The position numbers and the translations under genes are program-made. The notes beneath the pieces are model-generated. The model saw only the letters and a list, made by a program, of their open reading frames with translations. It was not told the DNA's origin and searched no databases. Shown here piece after piece: positions 9,154-18,084 of a DNA stretch of 64,000 bases; the stretch's first letter is position 1; every line of letters starts with the position of its first letter. Source of the stretch: a virus (Duplodnaviria; Caudoviricetes); the IMG/VR virus record IMGVR_UViG_2974611271_000001, positions 1 to 64,000 of that record. The stretch is one strand, 5' to 3'.

Positions 9154-9438
9154 TTACCGCTTGCGCGGCTTGCCGGCCTTCGTCAGCGAGTCCTGGTAGA
9201 ACATGATGCGCGCAACGTCGTCAGCCGTCGGCACGAGGCGAACGCGGATTCCCCGACCTAGGACGACGCTCGACGGCTCGCCGTTGATGCACAGCGGTTC
9301 CTCGCCGTCGTATTTCGGTTTCCACGGGACCGCGTCTCTTGCGCGGACACCGCAGGGTTCTTCGTCCGGGCGTCGATCATGCGCGACGACGCCTAGCCTG
9401 TCGAGCTCCCTAAGCAGATCAGCAGGCACGTGCAACAT
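9154..9438 (-). CDS. hypothetical protein
   Basis: MLHVPADLL... after GGGAGG; last gene of the antisense island. Confidence 0.55.
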   Translation of the reverse strand: MLHVPADLLRELDRLGVVAHDRRPDEEPCGVRARDAVPWKPKYDGEEPLCINGEPSSVVLGRGIRVRLVPTADDVARIMFYQDSLTKAGKPRKR

Positions 9439-9739
9439 CGTAGGGATCCTCCCGGCCCTCGCGCACGAATTGAAAGACACGCGCCTCGATTGCAGCGAAA
9501 TCCGTCTCGACCGGGTCGAGTCCTGACAGCTGCGCGAGTTTCGCAGACCCGGCGCCGTATCGACGCGCGAACGTGATCACTTTCACCTGCTCACGCGTCA
9601 GTTCCTGCCATGCGGGTCCCGACGACGTGAACCGTCCGGTGATCGTCCCGCCCACTGGTGTGCTGCGAGATGCTACGGGTGCTACGGCGGCTGCAGCAAC
9701 TGCAGCAGAACCGAGCAAGAATCGACGACGTGTTAGCAT
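9419..9739 (-). CDS. Tat-signal protein carrying family-A DNA polymerase-like motifs
   Basis: MLTRRRFLLG + A-rich helix; TGRFTSSGP.WQ, R...KVITF...YGAG, DFAAIEARV. Confidence 0.6.
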   Translation of the reverse strand: MLTRRRFLLGSAAVAAAAVAPVASRSTPVGGTITGRFTSSGPAWQELTREQVKVITFARRYGAGSAKLAQLSGLDPVETDFAAIEARVFQFVREGREDPYDVARAC

Positions 9740-9936
9740 CACAGCCTCGCTCGTGCGATCATGTTCAGTTGAACGGTTCCGGGGTGCTGACCAATCGACA
9801 TGATCGAGTCCTCCCCGATCTCGACCTCGACGCCCATCTCCGCGAGTTCGCGCAGACAGATGTTGAGGTTGTTGAGCGTTTGCCGCGTCTCGCGCAGCTT
9901 CTCGTCTCTGACTTCGGTCGAGTGTGCCATGGTCAT
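9739..9936 (-). CDS. hypothetical protein
   Basis: Coupled ORF; AACGGA upstream. Confidence 0.5.
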   Translation of the reverse strand: MTMAHSTEVRDEKLRETRQTLNNLNICLRELAEMGVEVEIGEDSIMSIGQHPGTVQLNMIARARL

Positions 9937-10175
9937 GCGTCCGTTGCGATGTGGTCGGCAATGTCCCACATGCGAAGCAGGTCCTCGTATGGGACGACGA
10001 CGTGCTCCTTCACGGGCACGGGTCTCGAGGTGAGCTGCGCAGCGTTGAGGTGCCGGTTAGCGATTGCCTTGATGCGAAGCGCGCGTTGCTTGAGCAGCTT
10101 GCGATCCTCCGCCTCATAGCGTTTGAGGTCCGCCGCGCGCTGACGCGCGCGACGTGATGTGGGCCAGATGCTCAC
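9933..10175 (-). CDS. hypothetical protein
   Basis: GAGGAG SD; coupled. Confidence 0.5.
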   Translation of the reverse strand: MSIWPTSRRARQRAADLKRYEAEDRKLLKQRALRIKAIANRHLNAAQLTSRPVPVKEHVVVPYEDLLRMWDIADHIATDA

Positions 10176-10549
10176 GACATGCGCTCCTCGAGCACGTCAC
10201 GCAGCGGGCGACCGACGAGGGCGAGCAGCTGCGGATCGAGGCGCAACGCGGGCGTCTGATCGAAGTACAGCGCAAGGTCGTCGAGCGCTTTGAACGCGGC
10301 CTCCGCGTCGGTTTGCGGTGCGTCACCCATGCGCTGCAGCAAGAGCTCGGCTGCGAGTTCGTAGACGGGCAGCGTGCGCCCGTTCGCGAAGTGCTCGTTG
10401 ATCGTCGATCCAGCTACGCCCATGGCGCGGCCGATCTCGGCGCAGTTGTCGCCCATGCGTTCGCGCAGACGCGCGAGGTGTTTCGGCTCCGTCCAGTTGT
10501 AGGTCGGCGGCGACTTGATCTTCTTCTTCGTGGTTGTCGTGTCGGTCAT
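10172..10549 (-). CDS. XRE/Cro-like HTH DNA-binding protein
   Basis: LARLRERMG.NCAEIGRAMGVAGSTINEH; AAGGAGG SD. Confidence 0.65.
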   Translation of the reverse strand: MTDTTTTKKKIKSPPTYNWTEPKHLARLRERMGDNCAEIGRAMGVAGSTINEHFANGRTLPVYELAAELLLQRMGDAPQTDAEAAFKALDDLALYFDQTPALRLDPQLLALVGRPLRDVLEERMS

Positions 10550-10560
10550 GGAATCCTCCT

Positions 10561-10827
10561 TTAGCGACCAATGATGCGGGCCGCGCGAGCGGCCTCGGGG
10601 GTGCCGATACCGACACCGCGGTCGAGCATTTGCCCGACGCGCGCTTTCAGTTCAGCGTTGTAGATGCGACGCACAGCGACGAAGCGCTCGAGGGCGTTGT
10701 CGTCGAGGCGCATCGCACCCGATTGAATCTTGCGCGACGTGTCGATCTGCGCTTGCACGGTCGCCTTCAGCCGCTCGTTGTCGAGCGATGCGGCGAGCTT
10801 GCGGGTTGCTTCGAGCGTGGATTGCAT
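10561..10827 (-). CDS. hypothetical early-type protein
   Basis: CAACAACGGAGA leader and own promoter. Confidence 0.6.
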   Translation of the reverse strand: MQSTLEATRKLAASLDNERLKATVQAQIDTSRKIQSGAMRLDDNALERFVAVRRIYNAELKARVGQMLDRGVGIGTPEAARAARIIGR

Positions 10828-10850
10828 GTCATTTCTCCGTTGTTGCGTGA

Positions 10851-10880
10851 ACGATGCGCACTTAACGCGCGCACCGTCAA
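10851..10880 (-). promoter_or_regulatory. sigma70-like promoter TTGACG-N18-CATCGT
   Basis: Same hexamers and spacing as the 11994-12023 copy. Confidence 0.55.
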
Positions 10881-10887
10881 GTGGTGA

Positions 10888-11199
10888 TTAAGGTTGGATC
10901 GAGATCGGATCGTCGTAGCCCTCGGCGAGGTAAGAATCGACGAAACGTCCTGGTTGCATGGTCGACACATAAACGCGACGACCGCGAGCGCGCACGTCGT
11001 CAGCGGCGAGTGCGACGAGACCGGCGATGCGGTCGCCGTGACATTGCGCGACGCGATACGACCGGAGCGGTGTGATCGTCACCGGCCTGTCGCAGCACGC
11101 GGTCACGACGAGGTTGGTGTTCTGGTAGATGTCGGCATTCGCGAACGCGTTGCCGCGCACCTCCATCGACGAAGCATTGCACCATGGACAGCGACTCAT
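10888..11199 (-). CDS. hypothetical Zn-finger-like protein
   Basis: CPWC...ACC motifs; start at MSRCPWC. Confidence 0.5.
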   Translation of the reverse strand: MSRCPWCNASSMEVRGNAFANADIYQNTNLVVTACCDRPVTITPLRSYRVAQCHGDRIAGLVALAADDVRARGRRVYVSTMQPGRFVDSYLAEGYDDPISIQP

Positions 11200-11330
11200 G
11201 ACATCACCCCCGCGAAGATGAACAGGAGGAAGATCGTCGCGAACAGGCAGACGGCGCCGATCACGTCGCCGACGAACTCCCACGGGTGGTCGCGGATGTC
11301 GTCGATCACGTTCAGAAGAATGTCGATCAT
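11196..11330 (-). CDS. small membrane peptide (44 aa)
   Basis: MIDILLNV...VIGAVCLFAIFLLFIFAG; AAGGAG SD. Confidence 0.55.
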   Translation of the reverse strand: MIDILLNVIDDIRDHPWEFVGDVIGAVCLFATIFLLFIFAGVMS

Positions 11331-11533
11331 CAGTCGAACTCCTTGTTGAGGGTTTGCCGCGCGATCCACTCGTGGTCGATTGCGTGGCGCATGATGTGCG
11401 CGAGGTTGAAGTGCGCGGCCTTCGTTGCGGAATCCATGCGGTCGTCCGCGCGTGCGCTGTCCTCGAGCTCTTCGGCAATCGCGCCTGTCAGCTTCTCAGC
11501 GAACCGCGCGAGCATTTCCTGTCGTTCCATCAT
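11330..11533 (-). CDS. hypothetical protein
   Basis: AGGAG SD; coupled. Confidence 0.55.
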   Translation of the reverse strand: MMERQEMLARFAEKLTGAIAEELEDSARADDRMDSATKAAHFNLAHIMRHAIDHEWIARQTLNKEFD

Positions 11534-11742
11534 TTCGGTTCTCCTACCCAGAAGTCGTAGTAGGTCGAGGTGTCGACCGTGCCGGTGCCATCGCCAAGCG
11601 TGTACCAGCGCTTGCGGCCGGGTTCATCGTCGAACTCGACGACCGCGGTGTTGTTGTTGCCGAGCGCGATCACGTTCGCACCTGTGACGACCTCAACCTT
11701 GCCGGTCAGGATCGAGCGGCGGTGAAGACGAAAATGTTCCAT
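11530..11742 (-). CDS. hypothetical protein
   Basis: MEHFRLHRR...; TGATG coupling. Confidence 0.55.
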   Translation of the reverse strand: MEHFRLHRRSILTGKVEVVTGANVIALGNNNTAVVEFDDEPGRKRWYTLGDGTGTVDTSTYYDFWVGEPK

Positions 11743-11957
11743 CAGACGTTCCTCACGTGCGCGGTGCGGCCCTGCGCATCGACGGCATAGAGCATCGTGC
11801 GGCCGTCCTGTATCGCGTGGATGAGCGCGTCGTTCTCGGTCGCGTGACGCGTGACGGTGCGGTTCGAGCGCACACCGCGAACGCATGTCCACGCGACGGC
11901 GTTGGCGATGATGTCCAACTCGAGTTCGGTGCGCGGGGTGTTTCCTGAAAATGCCAT
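11742..11957 (-). CDS. hypothetical early-type protein
   Basis: Preceded by CATCAACAGCGACTCAACAACGGAGG leader. Confidence 0.6.
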   Translation of the reverse strand: MAFSGNTPRTELELDIIANAVAWTCVRGVRSNRTVTRHATENDALIHAIQDGRTMLYAVDAQGRTAHVRNV

Positions 11958-11993
11958 GATGGCCTCCGTTGTTGAGTCGCTGTTGATGCGGTG

Positions 11994-12023
11994 ACGATGG
12001 CACACGTCGCGCGCCACCGTCAA
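11994..12023 (-). promoter_or_regulatory. sigma70-like promoter TTGACG-N18-CATCGT
   Basis: Second copy, upstream of the conserved leader. Confidence 0.55.
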
Positions 12024-12030
12024 GTCGTGA

Positions 12031-12213
12031 TCAGTTCCAGCCGTTCAATTCGTCGTTGTTGAGCGTGTCGACCATGCGCAGCGTGTCGCGAATGTTGAAC
12101 AGGACGGCGACGCGGATCACCCAGATGTCTTGATCGTCGTGGCGTTCTTCGCTGCAGGTGTAGTTCGCGGTGCGCGAGTTCGATGCGAGGGCGATGCGTG
12201 CGGTGGCGTTCAT
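12031..12213 (-). CDS. hypothetical protein
   Basis: CAACGGAGACAACGAC-ATG leader, identical to that at 25164. Confidence 0.55.
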   Translation of the reverse strand: MNATARIALASNSRTANYTCSEERHDDQDIWVIRVAVLFNIRDTLRMVDTLNNDELNGWN

Positions 12214-12240
12214 GTCGTTGTCTCCGTTGCGAAGCGTCGC

Positions 12241-12429
12241 GTGAAGGCCGATTGGTCGGGCCTGTTCAACTTCAAGAAGGGAACAGAGCTCAAGGTCAAC
12301 GTCTACGATGTGACGCACATCCCGGACGGCAACGACATGCGCTTCGGTCATGACGGCGTGACGTGGATCGACGCGAACGGCGAATGCCACAGCGTTGAAC
12401 GCCTCGAGCTGGTCGAGACACAGTTCTGA
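12241..12429 (+). CDS. orphan ORF (62 aa) with good codon usage, weak start
   Basis: VKADWSGLFNFKKG...; followed by a C(TTCG)G hairpin at about 12437-12460. Confidence 0.35.
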   Translation: MKADWSGLFNFKKGTELKVNVYDVTHIPDGNDMRFGHDGVTWIDANGECHSVERLELVETQF

Positions 12430-12549
12430 GACAACAGGCCGCGGACCTTCGGGCCCGCGGTACCTTGTCTCTCCGTTGCGTGTCATCCAGCCCGCGCTTA
12501 TGATCGGCGCAACCGGGCGGAGCCCACCTGTCTCAATTCGAGGACCTAG

Positions 12550-14073
12550 ATGGCTCAATCAGTCGCAACCGTTCATTCAGATTTCACGCGTCGCACGATC
12601 CAGTGGGCGCGCATCCGTGACGCGCTCGAAGGCACCGACGAGATCAAAGAGAACGGCGAGTCGTATCTGCCGCGCCCTGATGGGATTACCAACAGCGCCT
12701 ACGACGCCTACAAGGCGCGAGCGGCGTTCTTTCCCGTCGCAGAGCGCACGCTGCGCGGCATGTCGGGCCTCGTGTTTCGTCATGCAGCGAAGTTCGAGCT
12801 CCCGACGCGTCTCGAGCCGCTCCGTGAGGCAGCGACGACGGACGGACATTCGCTCGAGGTGATGACCGAGCAGGTCGTGAATGAAGTCCTGAGCATCGGG
12901 CGCTACGGTCTGCTCCTCGACTATCCCGCCGGCAACACGACATCGCAGTCGATCCCTTACATCGCGACCTATACGGCCGAGAACATCACGGATTGGAAGG
13001 TGCAGTTCATCGACGGCATGCGCGTGCTGACTCGCGTCGTGTTGCGCGACGACTTCGACTCGGACGACGACGATGTGAACGATGAGGCCGAACAGCGCCT
13101 CGAACTCGTGATCAACGACGATCTGAACTATGAGGTGCGTCGCTGGATCGCCGCGGGTGCGAAAAAAAGCAAAACGGACACCGCAGCCTGGATCATGAAG
13201 GACTCGACCGTCCCAACGGTCAACGGCAAGCCGCTGAAGCGCATCCCCTTCGTGTTCATCAACCCCTACGACCTGCGCCCGGACGTCGAGAAGCCGCCAA
13301 TGCTCGACCTCGTGGATGTGAACCTGTCGCACTATCGCAACTCAGCCGACTACGAGCACGCGCTCTTTCTCACGTCGCAGCCGACACCGTGGGTGGCGGG
13401 CGCGATCAACGAGGAAAACAAGCCCGAGGCAATCGGGTCGGGCGCGTTCTGGGTCCTGCCCGAAGGATCGACGGTCGGCATGCTCGAGTTTCAAGGCGCG
13501 GGTGTCGCTGCGATGCGCACGGCGATGGAGGACAAGGAATACCGCATGGCGTCGCTCGGCGCCCGCATGATCCACGAAGGCAAGAACCGCAACGAGGCGT
13601 CCGACACGGCTCGGATGCGCGGGCGCTCGGAGCTCTCGCTCCTGACCAACGTCGTGAACATGGTCGAGGCAGGCATCGAGAAGATCCTTCGCATGGCAGC
13701 AGAATGGACGTCCGGCAGCGCCGACGACGTTGTGGTGAAGCTGAACCGCGATTGGGTCGAGACGCGCATGAACCCGAACGAACTAAACGCGCTCATGAAG
13801 GCGTGGCAGTCGGGCGCGATCTCGCACGACACGCTCTGGTCGAACCTGCAGCGCGGCGAAGTTGCCGACGTGGATCGCACGGTCGACGAAGAGAAGGACA
13901 TGATCGACGACGAGGGCGGCGATCTGACCCTCGGAGTCAACCAACTGCTGGCGAATGCCGCGCAGCAACCGCCCGGAGCCCCGGCAAATCCCGCGAGCCA
14001 AGGTGGTCAAGGGGCTGGCGGGGGTGATTCCGGGGAAGAGGAGGCCGCGGGCACAGACGAGGGGACACGCTGA
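12550..14073 (+). CDS. portal protein (DUF4055-type)
   Basis: YLPRP...Y.AYKARA.F, IPFVFI, PPMLDLV.VNLSHYRNSADYE, WQSGAIS. Confidence 0.9.
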   Translation: MAQSVATVHSDFTRRTIQWARIRDALEGTDEIKENGESYLPRPDGITNSAYDAYKARAAFFPVAERTLRGMSGLVFRHAAKFELPTRLEPLREAATTDGHSLEVMTEQVVNEVLSIGRYGLLLDYPAGNTTSQSIPYIATYTAENITDWKVQFIDGMRVLTRVVLRDDFDSDDDDVNDEAEQRLELVINDDLNYEVRRWIAAGAKKSKTDTAAWIMKDSTVPTVNGKPLKRIPFVFINPYDLRPDVEKPPMLDLVDVNLSHYRNSADYEHALFLTSQPTPWVAGAINEENKPEAIGSGAFWVLPEGSTVGMLEFQGAGVAAMRTAMEDKEYRMASLGARMIHEGKNRNEASDTARMRGRSELSLLTNVVNMVEAGIEKILRMAAEWTSGSADDVVVKLNRDWVETRMNPNELNALMKAWQSGAISHDTLWSNLQRGEVADVDRTVDEEKDMIDDEGGDLTLGVNQLLANAAQQPPGAPANPASQGGQGAGGGDSGEEEAAGTDEGTR

Positions 14074-14393
14074 TGGCAATCCAGGCCCGAGTTATCAAGT
14101 TTCCGCATGGCGACACGTTCGACCCGACCCTGACCTACAAGCAGGGGTCGGTCGCGCAGGACATTACCAACATCACCATCACCTCAGAGGTGCGGCAGAC
14201 GGACGGAACGCTCGTCGCGACACTTTCGGTGACCAAGATGGCGCCGCTGTCTGGTCAATTCACCGTGGTCGGTCAGACCACCGACTGGCCTGAGAACGAG
14301 AACCTGTGGTGGGACGTGCAGTTCGACAACGGCGGCATCATCAAGTCGATGCCGCGCGTGATCCTCAACGCAGAAAGTGACGTGACCCAGTGA
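14073..14393 (+). CDS. virion beta-sandwich protein (fibre attachment type)
   Basis: GDTF...DIT..TITSEVR...WDVQF...DVT pattern. Confidence 0.55.
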   Translation: MAIQARVIKFPHGDTFDPTLTYKQGSVAQDITNITITSEVRQTDGTLVATLSVTKMAPLSGQFTVVGQTTDWPENENLWWDVQFDNGGIIKSMPRVILNAESDVTQ

Positions 14394-14821
14394 GCCCCTT
14401 GACGGTCGAGATCCTTCCTCCGAATGCCTCGGTGGACGTCGAGCTCACCACTGGCGTGGGCGTCAACGTGCAGACCACCGAGTTCACCGCGACGTTCGGA
14501 ACGATCTCGGTCGAGATCGCGACGAACCAGGGCACGGCTGGCTTGACGGCCTACCAGATTGCCATCAATAACGGCTTCGAAGGCACAGAGGCAGAGTGGT
14601 TGGCGTCGCTCCAAGGACCCGCAGGGGCAGACGTCTACGTTCACACGCAGAGCGAGCCTGCGGCGGTGTGGACAATCAACCACAATCTCGGATCTTATCC
14701 GAATGTCTACGTCCTCGACACAGCAGGCGACGAGTGCGAAGGCGACGTGGACAACCCCACCGTGAACCAAACGGTGATCACGTTCTCGGCATCCTTCGCG
14801 GGAACGGCACGGCTGGTGTAA
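14390..14821 (+). CDS. fibre-associated structural protein
   Basis: GLTAYQIAINNGFEGTEAEWLASLQGPAG and HTQ....WTINHNLG motifs. Confidence 0.65.
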   Translation: MSPLTVEILPPNASVDVELTTGVGVNVQTTEFTATFGTISVEIATNQGTAGLTAYQIAINNGFEGTEAEWLASLQGPAGADVYVHTQSEPAAVWTINHNLGSYPNVYVLDTAGDECEGDVDNPTVNQTVITFSASFAGTARLV

Positions 14822-14833
14822 AGGAGACACGTC

Positions 14834-15994
14834 ATGGCCAAGAAGATCTTTCAGAACTACGACTTCGCGGGTAACCAGATCATTGACTTCCGCGCGGAGA
14901 ACCTGGGTGCGAACCCGTCGAGCGGAAAAGCGGGGCGCGTGTTCTTCAACACGAGCACCTCCGTCCTTGCAATCGACACCGGCTCGACCATCAAGCCGCT
15001 GCTGACCGAGGTCGCGTGGGACGACATCCTGAGCAAGCCGTCCACGTTCGCGCCGAGCGCGCACACCCACCCGCAGAGCGGGATCACCGACCTGGTCACC
15101 GACCTCGCCGCGAAAGCACCTCTTGCGTCTCCTGCGTTCACGGGCAACCCGACTGCGCCCACGCAGACGGCCGGGAACAACTCGACGCGCATCGCCACCA
15201 CGGCCTTCGTCCAGAACGCGCTTTCGGGCGCAGGCGAAGGCGACATGCTCAAGGCGACCTACGACACCAACGACGATGGCAAAGTCGACGCAGCAGACAC
15301 CGCAGACGCTGCGCCTTGGAGCGGCATCACGGGCAAGCCGACCACGCTGGCAGGTTTTGGCATCACAGACGCGTTCTCTGACGCAGAGGCCGGGGCTCTC
15401 GCGACGCTCGACACCGTGGGCACGGCGCAGATCGACGACGAGGCCGTGACCCTCGCGAAACTCGCGCACGTCGCGACCAATCGCATCCTGGGCCGCACGA
15501 GTGCGTCCACGGGCGACGTTGAAGTCCTGACCGCCGCGCAAGTCAAAGCGATCCTGAGCATTGCCATCGCGGACGTGACCGGTCTGCAGACGGCGCTCGA
15601 CAACAAGGCCGCATCCTCGCACACTCATACGGCGTCTGAGATCACCGACTTCGACGCGGAGGTGGAAGCGAAGATCATCTCGTACTGGGATTCCATTGCA
15701 GGCACCGACGCGAACGTGGACACGATCCGCGAGGTCCTTGACCTGATCCTTCAGAACGCCTCGGACATCACTGCGCAGATCGCTCGCTATAACGCGGACA
15801 TCGGTGACGGGTCCTCGACGAGTATCGCCGTGACTCACAACCTCAATTCGCTCGATGTGTCAGTCGAAGTTTATGATAAAGCTTCCGGCGACACCGTGGG
15901 CGTTGGCGTGACTCGCACCAACGCGAACGTGGTGACCATCGAAGCAATTCCGGCGCCTGCATCAAACGAGCTCCGCGTCGTGATCAAGAAGTAA
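14834..15994 (+). CDS. fibre protein
   Basis: HTH..S.ITD repeats, KAPLASPAFTGNPTAPT, VTHNLN C-terminal domain. Confidence 0.75.
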   Translation: MAKKIFQNYDFAGNQIIDFRAENLGANPSSGKAGRVFFNTSTSVLAIDTGSTIKPLLTEVAWDDILSKPSTFAPSAHTHPQSGITDLVTDLAAKAPLASPAFTGNPTAPTQTAGNNSTRIATTAFVQNALSGAGEGDMLKATYDTNDDGKVDAADTADAAPWSGITGKPTTLAGFGITDAFSDAEAGALATLDTVGTAQIDDEAVTLAKLAHVATNRILGRTSASTGDVEVLTAAQVKAILSIAIADVTGLQTALDNKAASSHTHTASEITDFDAEVEAKIISYWDSIAGTDANVDTIREVLDLILQNASDITAQIARYNADIGDGSSTSIAVTHNLNSLDVSVEVYDKASGDTVGVGVTRTNANVVTIEAIPAPASNELRVVIKK

Positions 15995-16004
15995 GGAGGC
16001 GCTG

Positions 16005-18041
16005 ATGGCGTTTCGTCGACTGGGTGACCTGATTGGTCGCTATATCGGAATTGGTGGCGCAACAGGTGACGCAACAAACCCGCTCTCTGTCCGAGGTGCG
16101 GGAGCGCTGTTCGACGGCGACTCGGGCGGTCACCAAGTTCGCATCAACAAGAGCGGCGTGAGCGACACGGCTTCCTTCCTGTTCCAGCGCGGCTTTTCAG
16201 GCCGCGCCGAGTTCGGCCTGATCGGCAACGACAATTTTGAGTTGAAAGTCTCGGCAGACGGCTCAGCGTTCAACCAGGCCTTCATCGTCGATGATGGGAC
16301 GGCCGTTACCGACTTCAAGCAGCAGCCGACCTATCTGGGGGCGGCTCTCTACTCGACCAGCGACTTCACTCTTTCAGACGTCGCGCGACGTTCAGGAGGT
16401 AACACCTTCACCGGCGCGCAGACATTCCAGGGGTCCATGAATGTCACCGCTGCTGGCTCGTTCGAATCCGCCTTTACCACAACTGATGCCTCGTTGCACG
16501 ATGTGGGACTCCGCATCGGCGGTGCGCGGACGGCCTCGTCGTCGTCAGATATTGCCTACGTCAAGCTGGCGAACACCACGGCTGAGAACTACGATCTGGC
16601 TCAGATCGTGGCTCAAGATCCCTCAGCGAACTCGACCCTCGAGAACGGGCGTCTGATTTTCCGAACGTCTGCGAGTGGGACGCTCACTGACGCCCTTCTT
16701 CTGAACAGCGACAACACGGCGGCATTCTACGGCGAGGTCACGATCAGCGGCGCCACCGTATGGCACGCTGACAACGACGGCGCAGGTTCTGGCCTCGACG
16801 CGGACCTGCTCGATGGCAACCAAGCGTCTGCGTTCGCGTTCCTCACGGGCGCGACGTTCACGGGTGGCGTTACCGCAACGACGTTCTCAGGGAACGGTTC
16901 GTCGCTCACCAATCTGAACGCGAGCAACCTCGCTTCTGGAACAGTCCCCGCCGCACGGTTGCCCGCTGTCACCAACACAGCAGATCAGCACGCCAATGCG
17001 ACTGGCAACTGGCACACGTTCGTCAATGACGGTGGTGGAAACATCGGCATGCGTTGGAACGCGACCCCTGGAGGCACTAATACCCTGGTTGAAGGCAACG
17101 CAACTGCAGGCGGTCACGCTTGGATGCTTCGCATCGACAACGACAACGCACTCGGCGACTTGTTCTGGAGACGAGGCAGCACTGCAACAAGCCAAGCAGG
17201 CGAGACCATTACCTGGGACAATTGGCTCGTCTTCGATGGTGGCCTTGATCGTGCGGAGTGGTTTAAAGATCTTGACCTGAACAACAACGACCTGGTCGGC
17301 GTAGGCGTCACGAATACGTCCCAACTTGGCGTGGGCGGCGCGACGCCCGACGCGACCAACACCTTCGCTTTCTACGGCACGGACCTCCTGCTCAATTCGG
17401 GCGGGTCCATCAACATGAAGTACAACAAGAACGCCGCGGGCGACGACGCGTCCATGACGTTCCAAAGTGGGTTCACAACCTACGGGCTCTTCGGGCTGCT
17501 CGGCAACAACGACGTGACGCTGAAAGTAGGCACCGGGTTCACTACCGCGATGATCGCCGACAATACGGATGGGACCGTCTCGTTCCCCGAAGGCGTCCGG
17601 CACGACACGGTCACAGCCTACAAGACGTCGAGCCAGACCCTGACGGGCACCGGAACTTGGGACGACATTGCGTCCTGGGATGGGACTCACATTGCAGCCA
17701 GCGGCAACTTGTCCTGGACGGCTTCGACGGGTCAAGCGTTCGTCGGCAAAGCCGGTCGGTTCCTCGTGTCCTACTCGCTATCGACCGAGATCAGCACTGG
17801 CTCGTCTCGCTCGGATTCACTTGCGAAGCTCCAGAAGTGGAACGGGTCGTCGTGGGTTGACGTTGAAGGTACTGAGCACCGGATGTATAACCGGGTCTCG
17901 GGACGCGGCGGCTCGAACGCGTCTTGGTCGGGTGTGCTCGATCTGACGGGATCGGAAGGCCTCAAAGTCGTCGCAACCGTCGAGACCGGAACGGACACCA
18001 TCATCGTCGACCAGGTGTCGCTGTCGATCTCGCGCATGTAA
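16005..18041 (+). CDS. fibre / receptor-binding protein with two GTA-fibre-like modules
   Basis: GIGGAT.DATN...NK...DTAS..FQ.GF occurs twice; WHADNDGAGSGLDADLLDG shaft motif. Confidence 0.75.
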   Translation: MAFRRLGDLIGRYIGIGGATGDATNPLSVRGAGALFDGDSGGHQVRINKSGVSDTASFLFQRGFSGRAEFGLIGNDNFELKVSADGSAFNQAFIVDDGTAVTDFKQQPTYLGAALYSTSDFTLSDVARRSGGNTFTGAQTFQGSMNVTAAGSFESAFTTTDASLHDVGLRIGGARTASSSSDIAYVKLANTTAENYDLAQIVAQDPSANSTLENGRLIFRTSASGTLTDALLLNSDNTAAFYGEVTISGATVWHADNDGAGSGLDADLLDGNQASAFAFLTGATFTGGVTATTFSGNGSSLTNLNASNLASGTVPAARLPAVTNTADQHANATGNWHTFVNDGGGNIGMRWNATPGGTNTLVEGNATAGGHAWMLRIDNDNALGDLFWRRGSTATSQAGETITWDNWLVFDGGLDRAEWFKDLDLNNNDLVGVGVTNTSQLGVGGATPDATNTFAFYGTDLLLNSGGSINMKYNKNAAGDDASMTFQSGFTTYGLFGLLGNNDVTLKVGTGFTTAMIADNTDGTVSFPEGVRHDTVTAYKTSSQTLTGTGTWDDIASWDGTHIAASGNLSWTASTGQAFVGKAGRFLVSYSLSTEISTGSSRSDSLAKLQKWNGSSWVDVEGTEHRMYNRVSGRGGSNASWSGVLDLTGSEGLKVVATVETGTDTIIVDQVSLSISRM

Positions 18042-18084
18042 ACGCGCGCCCCTAAGGACGCCCGTCTCGTCGTTTAAACGTCGA

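Noticed and set aside
14273-15838. Long antisense ORFs (also 19714-21381, 28622-30400, 31563-33254, 39076-40578, 49607-51019)
   Set aside because: Shadow ORFs opposite well-supported genes; expected from high-GC codon bias; no motifs
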